Shown: positions 21,336 to 29,938 of the stretch, one piece after another
Layout: each line of letters begins with the position of its first letter
How positions within the stretch are numbered: position 1 is the stretch's first letter
Assembly (NCBI GenBank): GCA_016712445.1
Contig: JADJRB010000010.1
Coordinates: 85,778-117,777, forward strand
DNA from: Acidobacteriota bacterium
Lineage (GTDB): Bacteria > Pseudomonadota > Alphaproteobacteria > Caulobacterales > Hyphomonadaceae
DNA: 32,000 bases
Direction of reading: 5' to 3'
Notes under the pieces: generated by a model
What the model was told of the DNA's origin: nothing
Database searches by the model: none
Seen by the model: only the letters and a program-made list of their open reading frames with translations
Translations under genes and position numbers: made by a program

Positions 21336-22145
21336 TCAGTCCGCCTCTTTCGACAGCTGCCGGTCGCGGTTCGCGGCGGCGCGCAGGGCGTCTCTCATCA
21401 ACCGGGGCATCCCACCCGTGTCCATGAGGATGTCAAGGGCCGCCTGGGTGGTGCCGCCGGGGGAAGTGACTGCACGGCGAAGTGATTCGGGATCGGCGGT
21501 GCCGGAGGCCATCAGCGCCGCTGCGCCTTCGACCGTGCGGCGCGCGAGGCGCTGGGCAAGCGCGCGCGGCAGGCCTTCGGCCTCGCCCGCCTCGGCCATC
21601 ACTTCGGCGAGCAGGAAGAGGTAAGCCGGGCCCGACCCCGACAGGGCGGTGACGGCCGACATCAGCCCTTCATCGACCGGGCCTTCGACCTCGCCGAGCG
21701 GGGCGAGCAGGTCGCGGGCGGCGTCGGCATCGGCCGCAGCAAGTCCCGGCGCAGCAGAATAGACGGTGATGCCCTGCCCGATGGAGCCGGGCGTATTGGA
21801 CATCGCGCGGACCACGCGGGCCGTGCCGAGGCGGCGCGAAATCTGCGCGATGCGCACGCCCGCCATGATCGAGACGACAAGCGTGGCCGGGCCGACGAAG
21901 CCGGCGACCTGCGCAGCGACGGCAGCGAAGGCCTGCGGCTTGACCGCGAGCACCAGCACGCCAGCGGGCTTCACAGGCGGATTGAGCACGACCTTGCCGT
22001 CAGCGGCCCAGGCGGTGAAGTCTTCGGACGGGGTGGGCTCGATGACCGCGATGCGGCGCTTCGGCTTGGCCTTCAGCCAGCCGCGGGCCAGCGCCGATCC
22101 CATCCGGCCGGCCCCGACGAGGACAAGGGACGGCGCGGCAGCCAT
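21336..22145 (-). CDS. proC: Pyrroline-5-carboxylate reductase
   Basis: Motifs LVLVGAGRMGSALARGW, RAMSNTPGSIGQGITV, SGSGPAYLFLLAEVMAEAG and VTSPGGTTQAAL are all present. Confidence 0.9.
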   Translation of the reverse strand: MAAAPSLVLVGAGRMGSALARGWLKAKPKRRIAVIEPTPSEDFTAWAADGKVVLNPPVKPAGVLVLAVKPQAFAAVAAQVAGFVGPATLVVSIMAGVRIAQISRRLGTARVVRAMSNTPGSIGQGITVYSAAPGLAAADADAARDLLAPLGEVEGPVDEGLMSAVTALSGSGPAYLFLLAEVMAEAGEAEGLPRALAQRLARRTVEGAAALMASGTADPESLRRAVTSPGGTTQAALDILMDTGGMPRLMRDALRAAANRDRQLSKEAD

Positions 22146-22152
22146 TTGGGGC

Positions 22153-22656
22153 TCAGGCTTCGCCGTGGGTTTCGAACATCACCGCGTCGATGGCTTCGCG
22201 AGGCGACTTGCCGGCCCAGACGAGGAAGTTGAAAGCCGGCATGAAACGGTCAGCGGCGGCAACGGCGGCCGCGATGACGGCGCGCACTTCGCCCTGGCTG
22301 ACCTCGTCGCGGCCTTCCATCGGGAAAGTGTAGCGGAAGATGATGACGCCGTCGTCCGACCAGAAATCGAAATGGCCGACCCAGAGGCGCTCGTTGGCGA
22401 GCATCACGAGCTCGGCAATCGCGCTGCGCTTGGCGGCCATCGCCTTCACGTCGAGGGTCAGCGAGAAGTGGATGGCGGAGGGTTCAGGCCGGTAGGCGAA
22501 CAGTGCGCCCATGTCACCCCAGCGGGTTTCCGCGACTACCTGGAGGGTGCCTTCTTCGTCCCGCTCGCAGGGCCAGTTGGCCGCCTCAAGCACGACCTCG
22601 ACGATGTCGAGGGGGTCGATGTCGAAGTCCGGGGTGTGTTCGAGTTCAAGGCTCAT
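22153..22656 (-). CDS. YbjN domain-containing protein
   Basis: 167 aa from MSLELEHTPDFDIDPLDIVEVVLEAANWPCERDEEGTLQVVAETRWGDM... GGAGG precedes ATG 22656. The position upstream of proC is the usual alphaproteobacterial one. The family call is from pattern memory. Confidence 0.6.
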   Translation of the reverse strand: MSLELEHTPDFDIDPLDIVEVVLEAANWPCERDEEGTLQVVAETRWGDMGALFAYRPEPSAIHFSLTLDVKAMAAKRSAIAELVMLANERLWVGHFDFWSDDGVIIFRYTFPMEGRDEVSQGEVRAVIAAAVAAADRFMPAFNFLVWAGKSPREAIDAVMFETHGEA

Positions 22657-22769
22657 GCAGGCGCCTCCGCTTCGCAGTCTCAGGATTGGGGCCGGATTCG
22701 GAAGACAAATCCACTCCCCGAACAAACCGGCCGGACGGGCGCTTGTCCACCCGGTTCAACAGTCAGGCA

Positions 22770-23030
22770 TCAGGAAGCCGTGGATTTCCCTTGGCCCGCC
22801 TCGAGCGCGGCGATGCGGGCTTCCAGCGTCTCGACCCGGTCAAGGGCAGCGGTGGCGATGGCCTTCAGGGCTTCCACTTCATCGCGGCCGGCAAGGTCCA
22901 TGTCGGCGATCAGCGCGCGCACGCGGGCCTGGGCGGCGGTCTTGGCTTCCTCGCCGGCGGCGCGGGCGGCGCCGAGCGCGCCGGTCATCAGGCTGGCGAT
23001 GTCATCGAGCAGTGGATTTGTGCCAGCCAT
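22770..23030 (-). CDS. ubiK: Accessory factor UbiK (YqiC/BMFP family)
   Basis: 86 aa: MAGTNPLLDDIASLMTGALGAARAAGEEAKTAAQARVRALIADMDLAGRDEVEALKAIATAALDRVETLEARIAALE. It parallels the E. coli YqiC LDLVSREEF...LEQRISELE segment. AAGGAG precedes ATG 23030. The rest of track ORF 22770-23771 is shadow of lgt. Confidence 0.7.
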   Translation of the reverse strand: MAGTNPLLDDIASLMTGALGAARAAGEEAKTAAQARVRALIADMDLAGRDEVEALKAIATAALDRVETLEARIAALEAGQGKSTAS

Positions 23031-23105
23031 GCAGCTACTCCTTCGCGCCGGGAATGCCCGTGCCCTAGCAGATAGGGTGCCGGACAGACAGGGAAAAGAC
23101 GCCGC

Positions 23106-24059
23106 ATGACAGACCTCCTCGCCGCCCTCAGCGTTTACTTTACCCAGGCCGCGCTGACGTTTCCGGAATGGAGCCCTGCGCTCTTCTCGATCGATTTCGG
23201 CTTTGCCGGTCTCGGGGAGTTCCACCTGCGCTGGTACGCGCTCGGCTATATCGCCGGGATCGGCGGGGCCTGGTGGTATGCGAGCCAGCTGCTGAAGCGC
23301 CCGGCCCTGTGGGGCGGCGAGCCGCCGCTGAGCCAGGAAGCGATGGATGACCTGATGTTCTGGATCATCATCGGCATCATCCTCGGCGGGCGGCTCGGCT
23401 ACATCCTGTTCTACATGGTGCCCTACCAGATGGACGTGCTGGCCGCCGATCCGCTGACCATCATCCGCATCTGGGACGGCGGCATGGCCTTCCATGGCGG
23501 CATCCTCGGGGTGGCGATCGTGCTGTGGTGGTTTGCGGCGAAGCGCGGCGTGAAGCTGCTCTCGGTGGGCGACATTGCAGGCGTCACCGCCCCCATCGGC
23601 ATCGGCCTCGTGCGGATCGCCAACTTCGTCAACGGCGAGCTTTACGGCCGGCATACCGACGCCCCGGTCGGCATGGTGTTCCCGGAGGGCTACGTGCAGG
23701 GATCCACGCCGCCGGCCTATAACTGGGACACCGGCGAGTGGGTCTATTCGGGGACCGAAATGGCCCGCCATCCGAGCCAGCTTTACGAGTCCGTGCTGGA
23801 AGGCTGGCTGCCCCTGCTCGTGCTGTCGCTGCTGATCTGGAAGTTCGGCGCCCTGAAGCGCCCCGGTCTCGTGGCAGGACTTTTCCTGATCATGTACGGT
23901 GTGGGGCGATCTGTTGCCGAAAACTTCCGGATGCCGGATTCTTTTGTCAGCGGACTGCCAGAATGGCTGACGATGGGGATGATCCTGTCGGTGCCGATGT
24001 GGATCGGCGGCGCCTGGCTCATCTGGAACGCCTTGAAAGCGCAGGAAAAGCGCGTATAA
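23106..24059 (+). CDS. lgt: Prolipoprotein diacylglyceryl transferase
   Basis: A polytopic membrane protein with HLRWYALGYIAG, IWDGGMAFHGGILGV, GRIANFVNGELYGR-like (VRIANFVNGELYGR) and HPSQLYESVLEG motifs. Confidence 0.9.
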   Translation: MTDLLAALSVYFTQAALTFPEWSPALFSIDFGFAGLGEFHLRWYALGYIAGIGGAWWYASQLLKRPALWGGEPPLSQEAMDDLMFWIIIGIILGGRLGYILFYMVPYQMDVLAADPLTIIRIWDGGMAFHGGILGVAIVLWWFAAKRGVKLLSVGDIAGVTAPIGIGLVRIANFVNGELYGRHTDAPVGMVFPEGYVQGSTPPAYNWDTGEWVYSGTEMARHPSQLYESVLEGWLPLLVLSLLIWKFGALKRPGLVAGLFLIMYGVGRSVAENFRMPDSFVSGLPEWLTMGMILSVPMWIGGAWLIWNALKAQEKRV

Positions 24060-24121
24060 GGATTTCGTTAATACGTAGAGTTACGGATGCTTTGACGCGC
24101 GAACCTGGGGAGGGGGGCGCA

Positions 24122-24484
24122 ATGAAGTCTGACAGCCTGTACCGTCTGACAGCGGCGTGCCTGTTCACGCACGAGCTCGATTCCCCCCTGAGACAGGGCT
24201 GGAACCCGCTCGCGCTGAACACAAGTTCCTATACTTCATTCGACCAGCAGATCTTCATGTGGGCACACGTGCCGATCGTGCTCGGGATGATCTTCCTTGC
24301 CGAGACGGGCAGCCGCGCGGCCATCCGCTACGGGCTCTGCGTGTTTGCGGTGGTGCATGTCGGGCTGCACTGGTTCTATCGCAACACCCCGGTCTACGAT
24401 TTCAGCTCCCTGTCCTCGTGGGTGCTGATCCTGCTGGCCGGCATATTCGGTGCGGCCTATTTGGTGCCCGCGAAGGCGCGATAA
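24122..24484 (+). CDS. Small hypothetical membrane protein (about 3-4 TM, THELD motif)
   Basis: 120 aa from MKSDSLYRLTAACLFTHELDSPLRQGW... with hydrophobic segments (VPIVLGMIFLA, GLCVFAVVHVGLHWF, WVLILLAGIFGAAYLV). A GGGGAGGGG SD region precedes ATG 24122. The upstream part of track ORF 23738-24484 overlaps lgt. Confidence 0.5.
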   Translation: MKSDSLYRLTAACLFTHELDSPLRQGWNPLALNTSSYTSFDQQIFMWAHVPIVLGMIFLAETGSRAAIRYGLCVFAVVHVGLHWFYRNTPVYDFSSLSSWVLILLAGIFGAAYLVPAKAR

Positions 24485-24508
24485 CGCGCTGAAGAAATTG
24501 ACGGACAC

Positions 24509-25555
24509 ATGACTCTAAAAGACCGGCTGGTTCGCCTGATCGAAAGCGGCGGGCCGATCCCGCTTTCAACCTACATGCAGATTGCCCTGCACGACCCGAA
24601 GGGCGGCTATTACGCCGCGCGTCCGGGTATCGGGCGCGATTTCACGACGGCGCCCGAAACCAGCCAGGTGTTCGGCGAATTGCTCGGGCTGTGGCTGGTG
24701 CATGAATGGCGGGCGCTGGGATCGCCGGCAGCGTTCCAGCTGGTCGAGATCGGACCGGGGCGCGGCCAGCTGATGCTCGACGCCCTGCGCGCGGCAGGCA
24801 CAGCGGGCGGCGACGAGTTCGCCAGCGCGATGCGGCTGGTGTTCATCGAGCCGAGCCCGTTATTGCAAGCGGAGCTCAAGGCGCTGTTCGCGCCCTCGAA
24901 GCCGGAGTTCGCGTCAAAGCTGGCGGAGGTCGCCGATGGCCCTGCCCTGATCGTCGCCAACGAGTATCTGGATTGCCTGCCCGCCCGCCAGTTCCGCAAG
25001 GCCGGCGAGGCCTGGCACGAATGCGTGATCGGGCTGGACAGCGCGGGCGCGCTGGTGTTCGGCCTCGCTGCCGACGAGCCGCGCCCGCCGCATGAGATGG
25101 CGCCCTCCGGTGACACCGTCGAGGTGCAGGCGGGGCTGGACCTGATCGTGGCGGATCTTGTCTCCCGCACGGCCCCGGTGCGGGCCCTGTTCATCGACTA
25201 TGGCCCGGATGACCGGGCGCCCGGCGACACTTTGCGGGCTTACCGGCGCGGCGCGCAGGTCTCGCCCCTTGAAGCGCCGGGCGAGACCGACCTGACCGTC
25301 GATGTCGATTTCGGGCGGCTGGCACGGCTCGCCCGCTCGGCCGGGCTCGACGTGGCCGGCCCCGCGCCGCAGGGCATGTTCCTGCTCGGCCTCGGCGCGC
25401 AGGCGCGGCTGAACCAGCTCGTCACCGCCAATCCGGAGGACGGCGAAGCGCTGTTCAACGCGGCGCGCAAGCTGATCGACCCGAAAGACATGGGCGCCCG
25501 CTTCAAGGCAATCTGCCTGTCCTCGGCCGGGCTGGCGAAGCCGGCAGGTTTCTGA
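24509..25555 (+). CDS. Class I SAM-dependent methyltransferase, MidA/NDUFAF7 (DUF185) family
   Basis: The sequence PIPLSTYMQIALHDPKGGYYAARPGIGRDFTTAPETSQVFGELLGLWLVHEW...LVEIGPGRGQLMLD...IVANEYLDCLP is the typical family pattern. Its position after lgt is the usual synteny. Confidence 0.8.
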   Translation: MTLKDRLVRLIESGGPIPLSTYMQIALHDPKGGYYAARPGIGRDFTTAPETSQVFGELLGLWLVHEWRALGSPAAFQLVEIGPGRGQLMLDALRAAGTAGGDEFASAMRLVFIEPSPLLQAELKALFAPSKPEFASKLAEVADGPALIVANEYLDCLPARQFRKAGEAWHECVIGLDSAGALVFGLAADEPRPPHEMAPSGDTVEVQAGLDLIVADLVSRTAPVRALFIDYGPDDRAPGDTLRAYRRGAQVSPLEAPGETDLTVDVDFGRLARLARSAGLDVAGPAPQGMFLLGLGAQARLNQLVTANPEDGEALFNAARKLIDPKDMGARFKAICLSSAGLAKPAGF

Positions 25556-25616
25556 CGCGCCTATTGGCGTTCGCTCCGAAAGCCCCATGTTAGGGTCCGA
25601 AAGACGAGGTGCGCAC

Positions 25617-26621
25617 GTGGCGGAACTTTCCATTCTTGAGCTGGGGCGCGTGCGCGAGGGATTTACCCGCGCCGATGCCCTGAATGAGGCGCGCCGACTC
25701 GCCCAGCATGCCGAGGGGCTTGGCTACAAGCGCTTCTGGGTGGCCGAGCATCACAACATGTCGGCGGTGACGACGGCGGCGACGTCGCTGGTGGTTTCGC
25801 ACATCGCGGCGGGCACGAAGACGATCCGCGTGGGCGCGGGCGGCATCATGTTGCCGAACCATGCGCCCTACGTGATCGCCGAACAGTTCGGCACGCTGGA
25901 AGCCCTGTATCCGGGCCGCATCGATCTCGGGCTCGGGCGCGCTCCGGGCACTGACCAGCTGACGCTGCGCGCGCTACGGCGCGACGGCATGGCAGCGGAG
26001 AATTTCCAGCAGGACGTGCTTGAGCTGCAGGCCTGGCTCGGCCCGGTGGCGCCGGGCCAGCGGATCGAGGCGGTGCCAGGATCGAACTCCAATGTGCCGC
26101 TGTGGATCCTTGGCTCCAGTCTTTACGGCGCGCAGATGGCCGCGGCCTACGGCTTCCCGTTCGGCTTTGCCTCACACTTTGCGCCGCAGATGCTGGACCA
26201 AGCGCTGGCGATCTACCGGCAGAGCTACCGGCCCTCGAAGCAGCAGCCGAAGCCCTATGCGCTGATCGGCGTCAACATCATCGCGGCGGAGTCGGACGAA
26301 GAGGCGAAATACCTCGCCACCTCGCAGCAGATGTCGTTCGCCAATCTCGTGCGCGGCGAACGCAAGCTGATGCAGAAACCGATCGACGACATCGACACCT
26401 ACTGGACGCCGCAGGAAAAAATGCAGGCCTCGCACATGCTGAACTTCAGCATCGTGGGAAATGCCGAAACCGTCCGTACCGGGATTAACCGCCTGCTGGA
26501 GCGCACAGAGGCCGATGAGCTGATGGTCGTCTCCGACATGTACGACCAGGACAAGCGCCGGCGATCTTTCGAGATCATCGCGGGCGTGATGGCGGACCTG
26601 AAAGTGGGCGCCAGCGCCTGA
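25617..26621 (+). CDS. LLM-class (luciferase-like) flavin-dependent oxidoreductase, YhbW-like
   Basis: Motifs: LSILELGRV, GYKRFWVAEHHNM, GAGGIMLPNHAPYVIAEQFGTLEALYPGRIDLGLGRAPGTD. I prefer GTG 25617 (GAGG lies 8 nt upstream) over the track start 25587. Confidence 0.8.
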   Translation: MAELSILELGRVREGFTRADALNEARRLAQHAEGLGYKRFWVAEHHNMSAVTTAATSLVVSHIAAGTKTIRVGAGGIMLPNHAPYVIAEQFGTLEALYPGRIDLGLGRAPGTDQLTLRALRRDGMAAENFQQDVLELQAWLGPVAPGQRIEAVPGSNSNVPLWILGSSLYGAQMAAAYGFPFGFASHFAPQMLDQALAIYRQSYRPSKQQPKPYALIGVNIIAAESDEEAKYLATSQQMSFANLVRGERKLMQKPIDDIDTYWTPQEKMQASHMLNFSIVGNAETVRTGINRLLERTEADELMVVSDMYDQDKRRRSFEIIAGVMADLKVGASA

Positions 26622-26749
26622 GCGCTGTTTCGGCGCGCAAGAAGCAAGAACAGTGATCACTGGCGCAAACGCTTGCGGGCCAATTACCTGTTTTGTAGGC
26701 TGAATCCCTTATTCCTCCCAGATACAGGTTTTCTGCCATACTTCGTCAG

Positions 26750-27295
26750 GTGCTCCAGCAGGCCACGGGCAGCGATCATGCCCGACTGGACGGACTTGTG
26801 TCCGGACTCGATTTCGCGAACGAGGCGAACTACCGGCGATTCCTGACATCGACGCATGCCGCGCTAGCGGGGCTTGAGCAGCAGCTGGAACGGTCGAATG
26901 TGTCGGGTCTGCTGCAGGACTGGGCGCAGCGGCGGCGGCGGTTCGCGCTGGCAGAGGATCTCGGCGCCCTTGGCGCGGATGCCGGCCAGCCCATGCAGGG
27001 ACCATCAAAAGGCAAGCTGACCAGCGATGAAATGCTGGGCACGCTCTACGTGTTGGAAGGCAGCCGGCTGGGGGCAACTGTGCTCGCCGCCCGCGCGGCC
27101 GACTCTTCAAGCGCCGCGGTGCGCGATAATGTCCGCTACCTGACACATGGCAGGGACGGCCGCTTCTGGCGTTCCTTTCTCTCGCTGCTGGCCGACGCTT
27201 CGGCGGTTGATACCCAACCGATGATCGCAAGTGCGCACGCCGCATTCGCGATCTTTACCCGCGCCTTCGAGGCGCAGGGAGCCGCTTTACGGTGA
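26750..27295 (+). CDS. bphO: Heme oxygenase, bacteriophytochrome-associated (BphO-like)
   Basis: The sequences ATGSDHARLD and GTLYVLEGSRLGATVL are the heme-oxygenase helix patterns. The stop overlaps the bphP GTG (GTGA). GTG 26750 is the first canonical start, but similarity seems to extend upstream (see findings). Confidence 0.7.
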   Translation: MLQQATGSDHARLDGLVSGLDFANEANYRRFLTSTHAALAGLEQQLERSNVSGLLQDWAQRRRRFALAEDLGALGADAGQPMQGPSKGKLTSDEMLGTLYVLEGSRLGATVLAARAADSSSAAVRDNVRYLTHGRDGRFWRSFLSLLADASAVDTQPMIASAHAAFAIFTRAFEAQGAALR

Positions 27296-29844
27296 ATGAC
27301 AACTTAGCGACACAACCGGCAACGTTGAGCAATTGCGACGTTGAGCCGATCCATATTCCGGGAACGATCCAGGCGATCGGTTGCCTGCTGGCCTGTGACC
27401 CGGACAGCTTCGTCATCCGGCATGCGTCCACCAACACTGAAGACCTGCTGGGTCTCGGCGCGGGAAGCGTGATCGGCGCATCGCTCGACGATGTGCTGGG
27501 CCGGGAGATCGGCCACGAGGTGCGCAACAGCCTTGCCCGCTCGCCGGACCCGTCGCGGCCCGGCCTGCTGTTCCGGCAGAACGCCAGCGGCGGCCGCGCC
27601 TTCGATATCGTGGCTCACATGCATGATGGCCGCGTGATCATTGAACTGAAACCTGCGGCGCCGCAGTCCGATCCGGCATCGCTGGAACTCGCGCGCACGA
27701 TCATCCGGCGGCTGGGTGCGGAGACGCGGCTGTCGCAGCTCTTGCGCAATGCGCCGCGGCTGCTGTTCGGCGCGCTGAAGTACGACCGCGTGATGGTCTA
27801 CCGCTTCGCCGAGAATGGCGCCGGCCAGGTGGTGGCAGAGACGAAGCGCGCCGACCTCGAGAGCTTTTCGGGCCAGTGGTTCCCGGCGAGCGACATTCCG
27901 GCCCAGGCGCGTGCGCTCTACTTGCGCAACACGATCCGCGTGGTGTCTGATGCATCAGGCGAGACGGTGCCGATCCTGCCGGTGACCGATGCGGACGGCC
28001 GCCCGATCGACCTCAGCTATGCCCACCTGCGAAGCGTCTCGCCGATCCACTGCGAATATCTGCGCAACATGGGCGTCGCCGCGTCGATGTCGGTGTCGAT
28101 CATCGTCGAGGGAAAGCTCTGGGGACTGATTGCCTGCCACCACTATTCGCCGCGCGCCCTGTCGCTGGCCGAACGGATGAACATCGAGCTGATCGGTGAC
28201 TGTTTCTCGATGCAGGTGGAGTCGCTGATTTCCCGCGAACTGCTGCAGGCAGCTGCCAAGGTGCGCGCCGCGCTGGGCGACATCCTTCTGCGCATCGTCG
28301 ACGAGCCGCGCCCTGACCTGCTGCTGCGCGCGCGGATCGATGACATGGCGAAACTGATCCCCAGCGACGGCGCCGCGCTCTGGCTGGAGGGCGAAGCGGA
28401 GCGGTCCGGTCGTACGCCTGCGGACGATATCCTGCAGCAGGTCGCGCGCCTGGCAGAGTCTGAAGCGCCCGGGCAAGTGTGGGCTACCGACCGACTGTCG
28501 ACGCGGCTGGAAGGGCCGATGCCCGGCGGGCCGGCGGGCGTGCTTGCCATTCCGCTGTCGAAGGCGGCCGGCGACTACCTGTTCTATTTCCGCAAGGAAG
28601 TGGTCGAGACGATCGAATGGGGCGGCGATCCGAACAAGGCCTACACGACCGGCCCGAACGGCGACCGACTGACGCCGCGCGTCAGTTTCGCAATCTGGAA
28701 GGAAGAAGTACGCGGACAATCCCAGCCCTGGACGGCGCAGGTGCTCGAAGCGGCAGAAGGCATCAGGATTGCGTTGATGGAAATCACGCTGCGCCAGACG
28801 GCGCTTTTGCAAGCGGAACGCCAGCAGGCCGAGGTGCGCCAGCGCCGGCTGAACGACGAGCTGAACCACCGCGTCAAGAACATCCTTGCCCTGATTCGCT
28901 CGCTGCTGCGCCAGTCGAAGGACGATGGCCGCTCGCTGGCAGACTATGTCTCGACGCTGGAAGGGCGCATCATGTCGCTCGCCAAGGCGCACGACCAGGT
29001 CTGGCATGGCAGCGAAGGCGGCCACCTGAAGAGCCTCGTCGAGACCGAGCTGTCGCCCTATCACGGCCGGGGCGCGGTGATTGAGCTGCAAGGCCCGCCG
29101 GTCGTGCTGGATGCACGGGCGTTTTCGGTGGTTGCACTGGTCGTGCACGAGCTGGCGACGAACGCGGCGAAGTATGGATCCATCTCTTCCGACCACGGAC
29201 GGCTCGATATCGCCTGGCGCTTGAACGATTCCGGCGACTGCGTGATCGAGTGGACTGAAAGCGGCGGGCCGCCGGTCACGCCGCCGAAGCGCAAGGGCTT
29301 TGGCTCGACGCTGATCGACCGCAGCATTCCGTTTGACCTGCAGGGCGAGGTCGACCTCGCCTACAGGCCGGAGGGCCTGCGGGCATCGATCCGGATCCCC
29401 GCGCCATTTGTCTCGGTGGCAGAGGCAGCGCCGGCCTCGGCCGCCTCCCCTGCCCAGCGCAAGGCGCCGCGCGTGTCGCTCGCGGGCCTGAACATGCTCG
29501 TGGTCGAAGACCAGTTCGTGGTGGCGCTGGAGATGGAGGACCTCCTCCTCAAGCTGGGCGCGGAGACCGTCGAAGTGGCCGCGACCCCCGCCAACGCGCT
29601 GGCCGCCATCCGCCGGCAGAAGCCGGATGTCGCACTGCTCGACGTGAACCTCGGCGGGTCGTCATCGATCGAGGTCGCGCGCACGCTGATCGGCGCCGGG
29701 GTGCCGGTGCTGTTCACGACCGGCTATGCCGACAATGCGCATATCCCGCCGGAACTGCAGGCGGTGCCGGTGCTGCGCAAGCCCTACACGTCGGCCCTGC
29801 TGTCCGCTGCGCTCGAACGCCTGCTGCGCGGGCGCGCGGTCTGA
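27292..29844 (+). CDS. bphP: Bacteriophytochrome photoreceptor: PAS-GAF-PHY + HWE/HisKA_2 histidine kinase + C-terminal receiver
   Basis: Biliverdin-binding Cys lies in LSNCDVEPIHIPG. GAF motifs: DRVMVYRF, FPASDIPAQAR, LRSVSPIHCEYLRNMGVAASMSVSI, LWGLIACHH. PHY tongue: WGG...PRVSF. HWE kinase: ELNHRVKNILALI, HELATNAAKYG, VIEWTESGGP, GFGSTLI. Receiver: LVVEDQFVVALEMEDLL...PDVALLDVNLGG...LFTTGYAD. Confidence 0.9.
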   Translation: MNDNLATQPATLSNCDVEPIHIPGTIQAIGCLLACDPDSFVIRHASTNTEDLLGLGAGSVIGASLDDVLGREIGHEVRNSLARSPDPSRPGLLFRQNASGGRAFDIVAHMHDGRVIIELKPAAPQSDPASLELARTIIRRLGAETRLSQLLRNAPRLLFGALKYDRVMVYRFAENGAGQVVAETKRADLESFSGQWFPASDIPAQARALYLRNTIRVVSDASGETVPILPVTDADGRPIDLSYAHLRSVSPIHCEYLRNMGVAASMSVSIIVEGKLWGLIACHHYSPRALSLAERMNIELIGDCFSMQVESLISRELLQAAAKVRAALGDILLRIVDEPRPDLLLRARIDDMAKLIPSDGAALWLEGEAERSGRTPADDILQQVARLAESEAPGQVWATDRLSTRLEGPMPGGPAGVLAIPLSKAAGDYLFYFRKEVVETIEWGGDPNKAYTTGPNGDRLTPRVSFAIWKEEVRGQSQPWTAQVLEAAEGIRIALMEITLRQTALLQAERQQAEVRQRRLNDELNHRVKNILALIRSLLRQSKDDGRSLADYVSTLEGRIMSLAKAHDQVWHGSEGGHLKSLVETELSPYHGRGAVIELQGPPVVLDARAFSVVALVVHELATNAAKYGSISSDHGRLDIAWRLNDSGDCVIEWTESGGPPVTPPKRKGFGSTLIDRSIPFDLQGEVDLAYRPEGLRASIRIPAPFVSVAEAAPASAASPAQRKAPRVSLAGLNMLVVEDQFVVALEMEDLLLKLGAETVEVAATPANALAAIRRQKPDVALLDVNLGGSSSIEVARTLIGAGVPVLFTTGYADNAHIPPELQAVPVLRKPYTSALLSAALERLLRGRAV

Positions 29845-29938
29845 CCGGGACGTCTGATCGCAGGGCGGCGCGGCAATGACTCTGGACAGCGCAGGGCGAA
29901 GCGATTCAAGACAGACGCGGCAAGCAAGGGATGGCTCC

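Noticed and set aside
21766-23109. 447-aa plus-strand ORF across proC, ybjN and ubiK
   Set aside because: It is antisense to three motif-supported genes. It is a shadow ORF.
27955-29196. 413-aa minus-strand ORF inside bphP
   Set aside because: It is antisense to the GAF/PHY/HWE-coding region. The product is Arg/Gln/Asp-rich nonsense.
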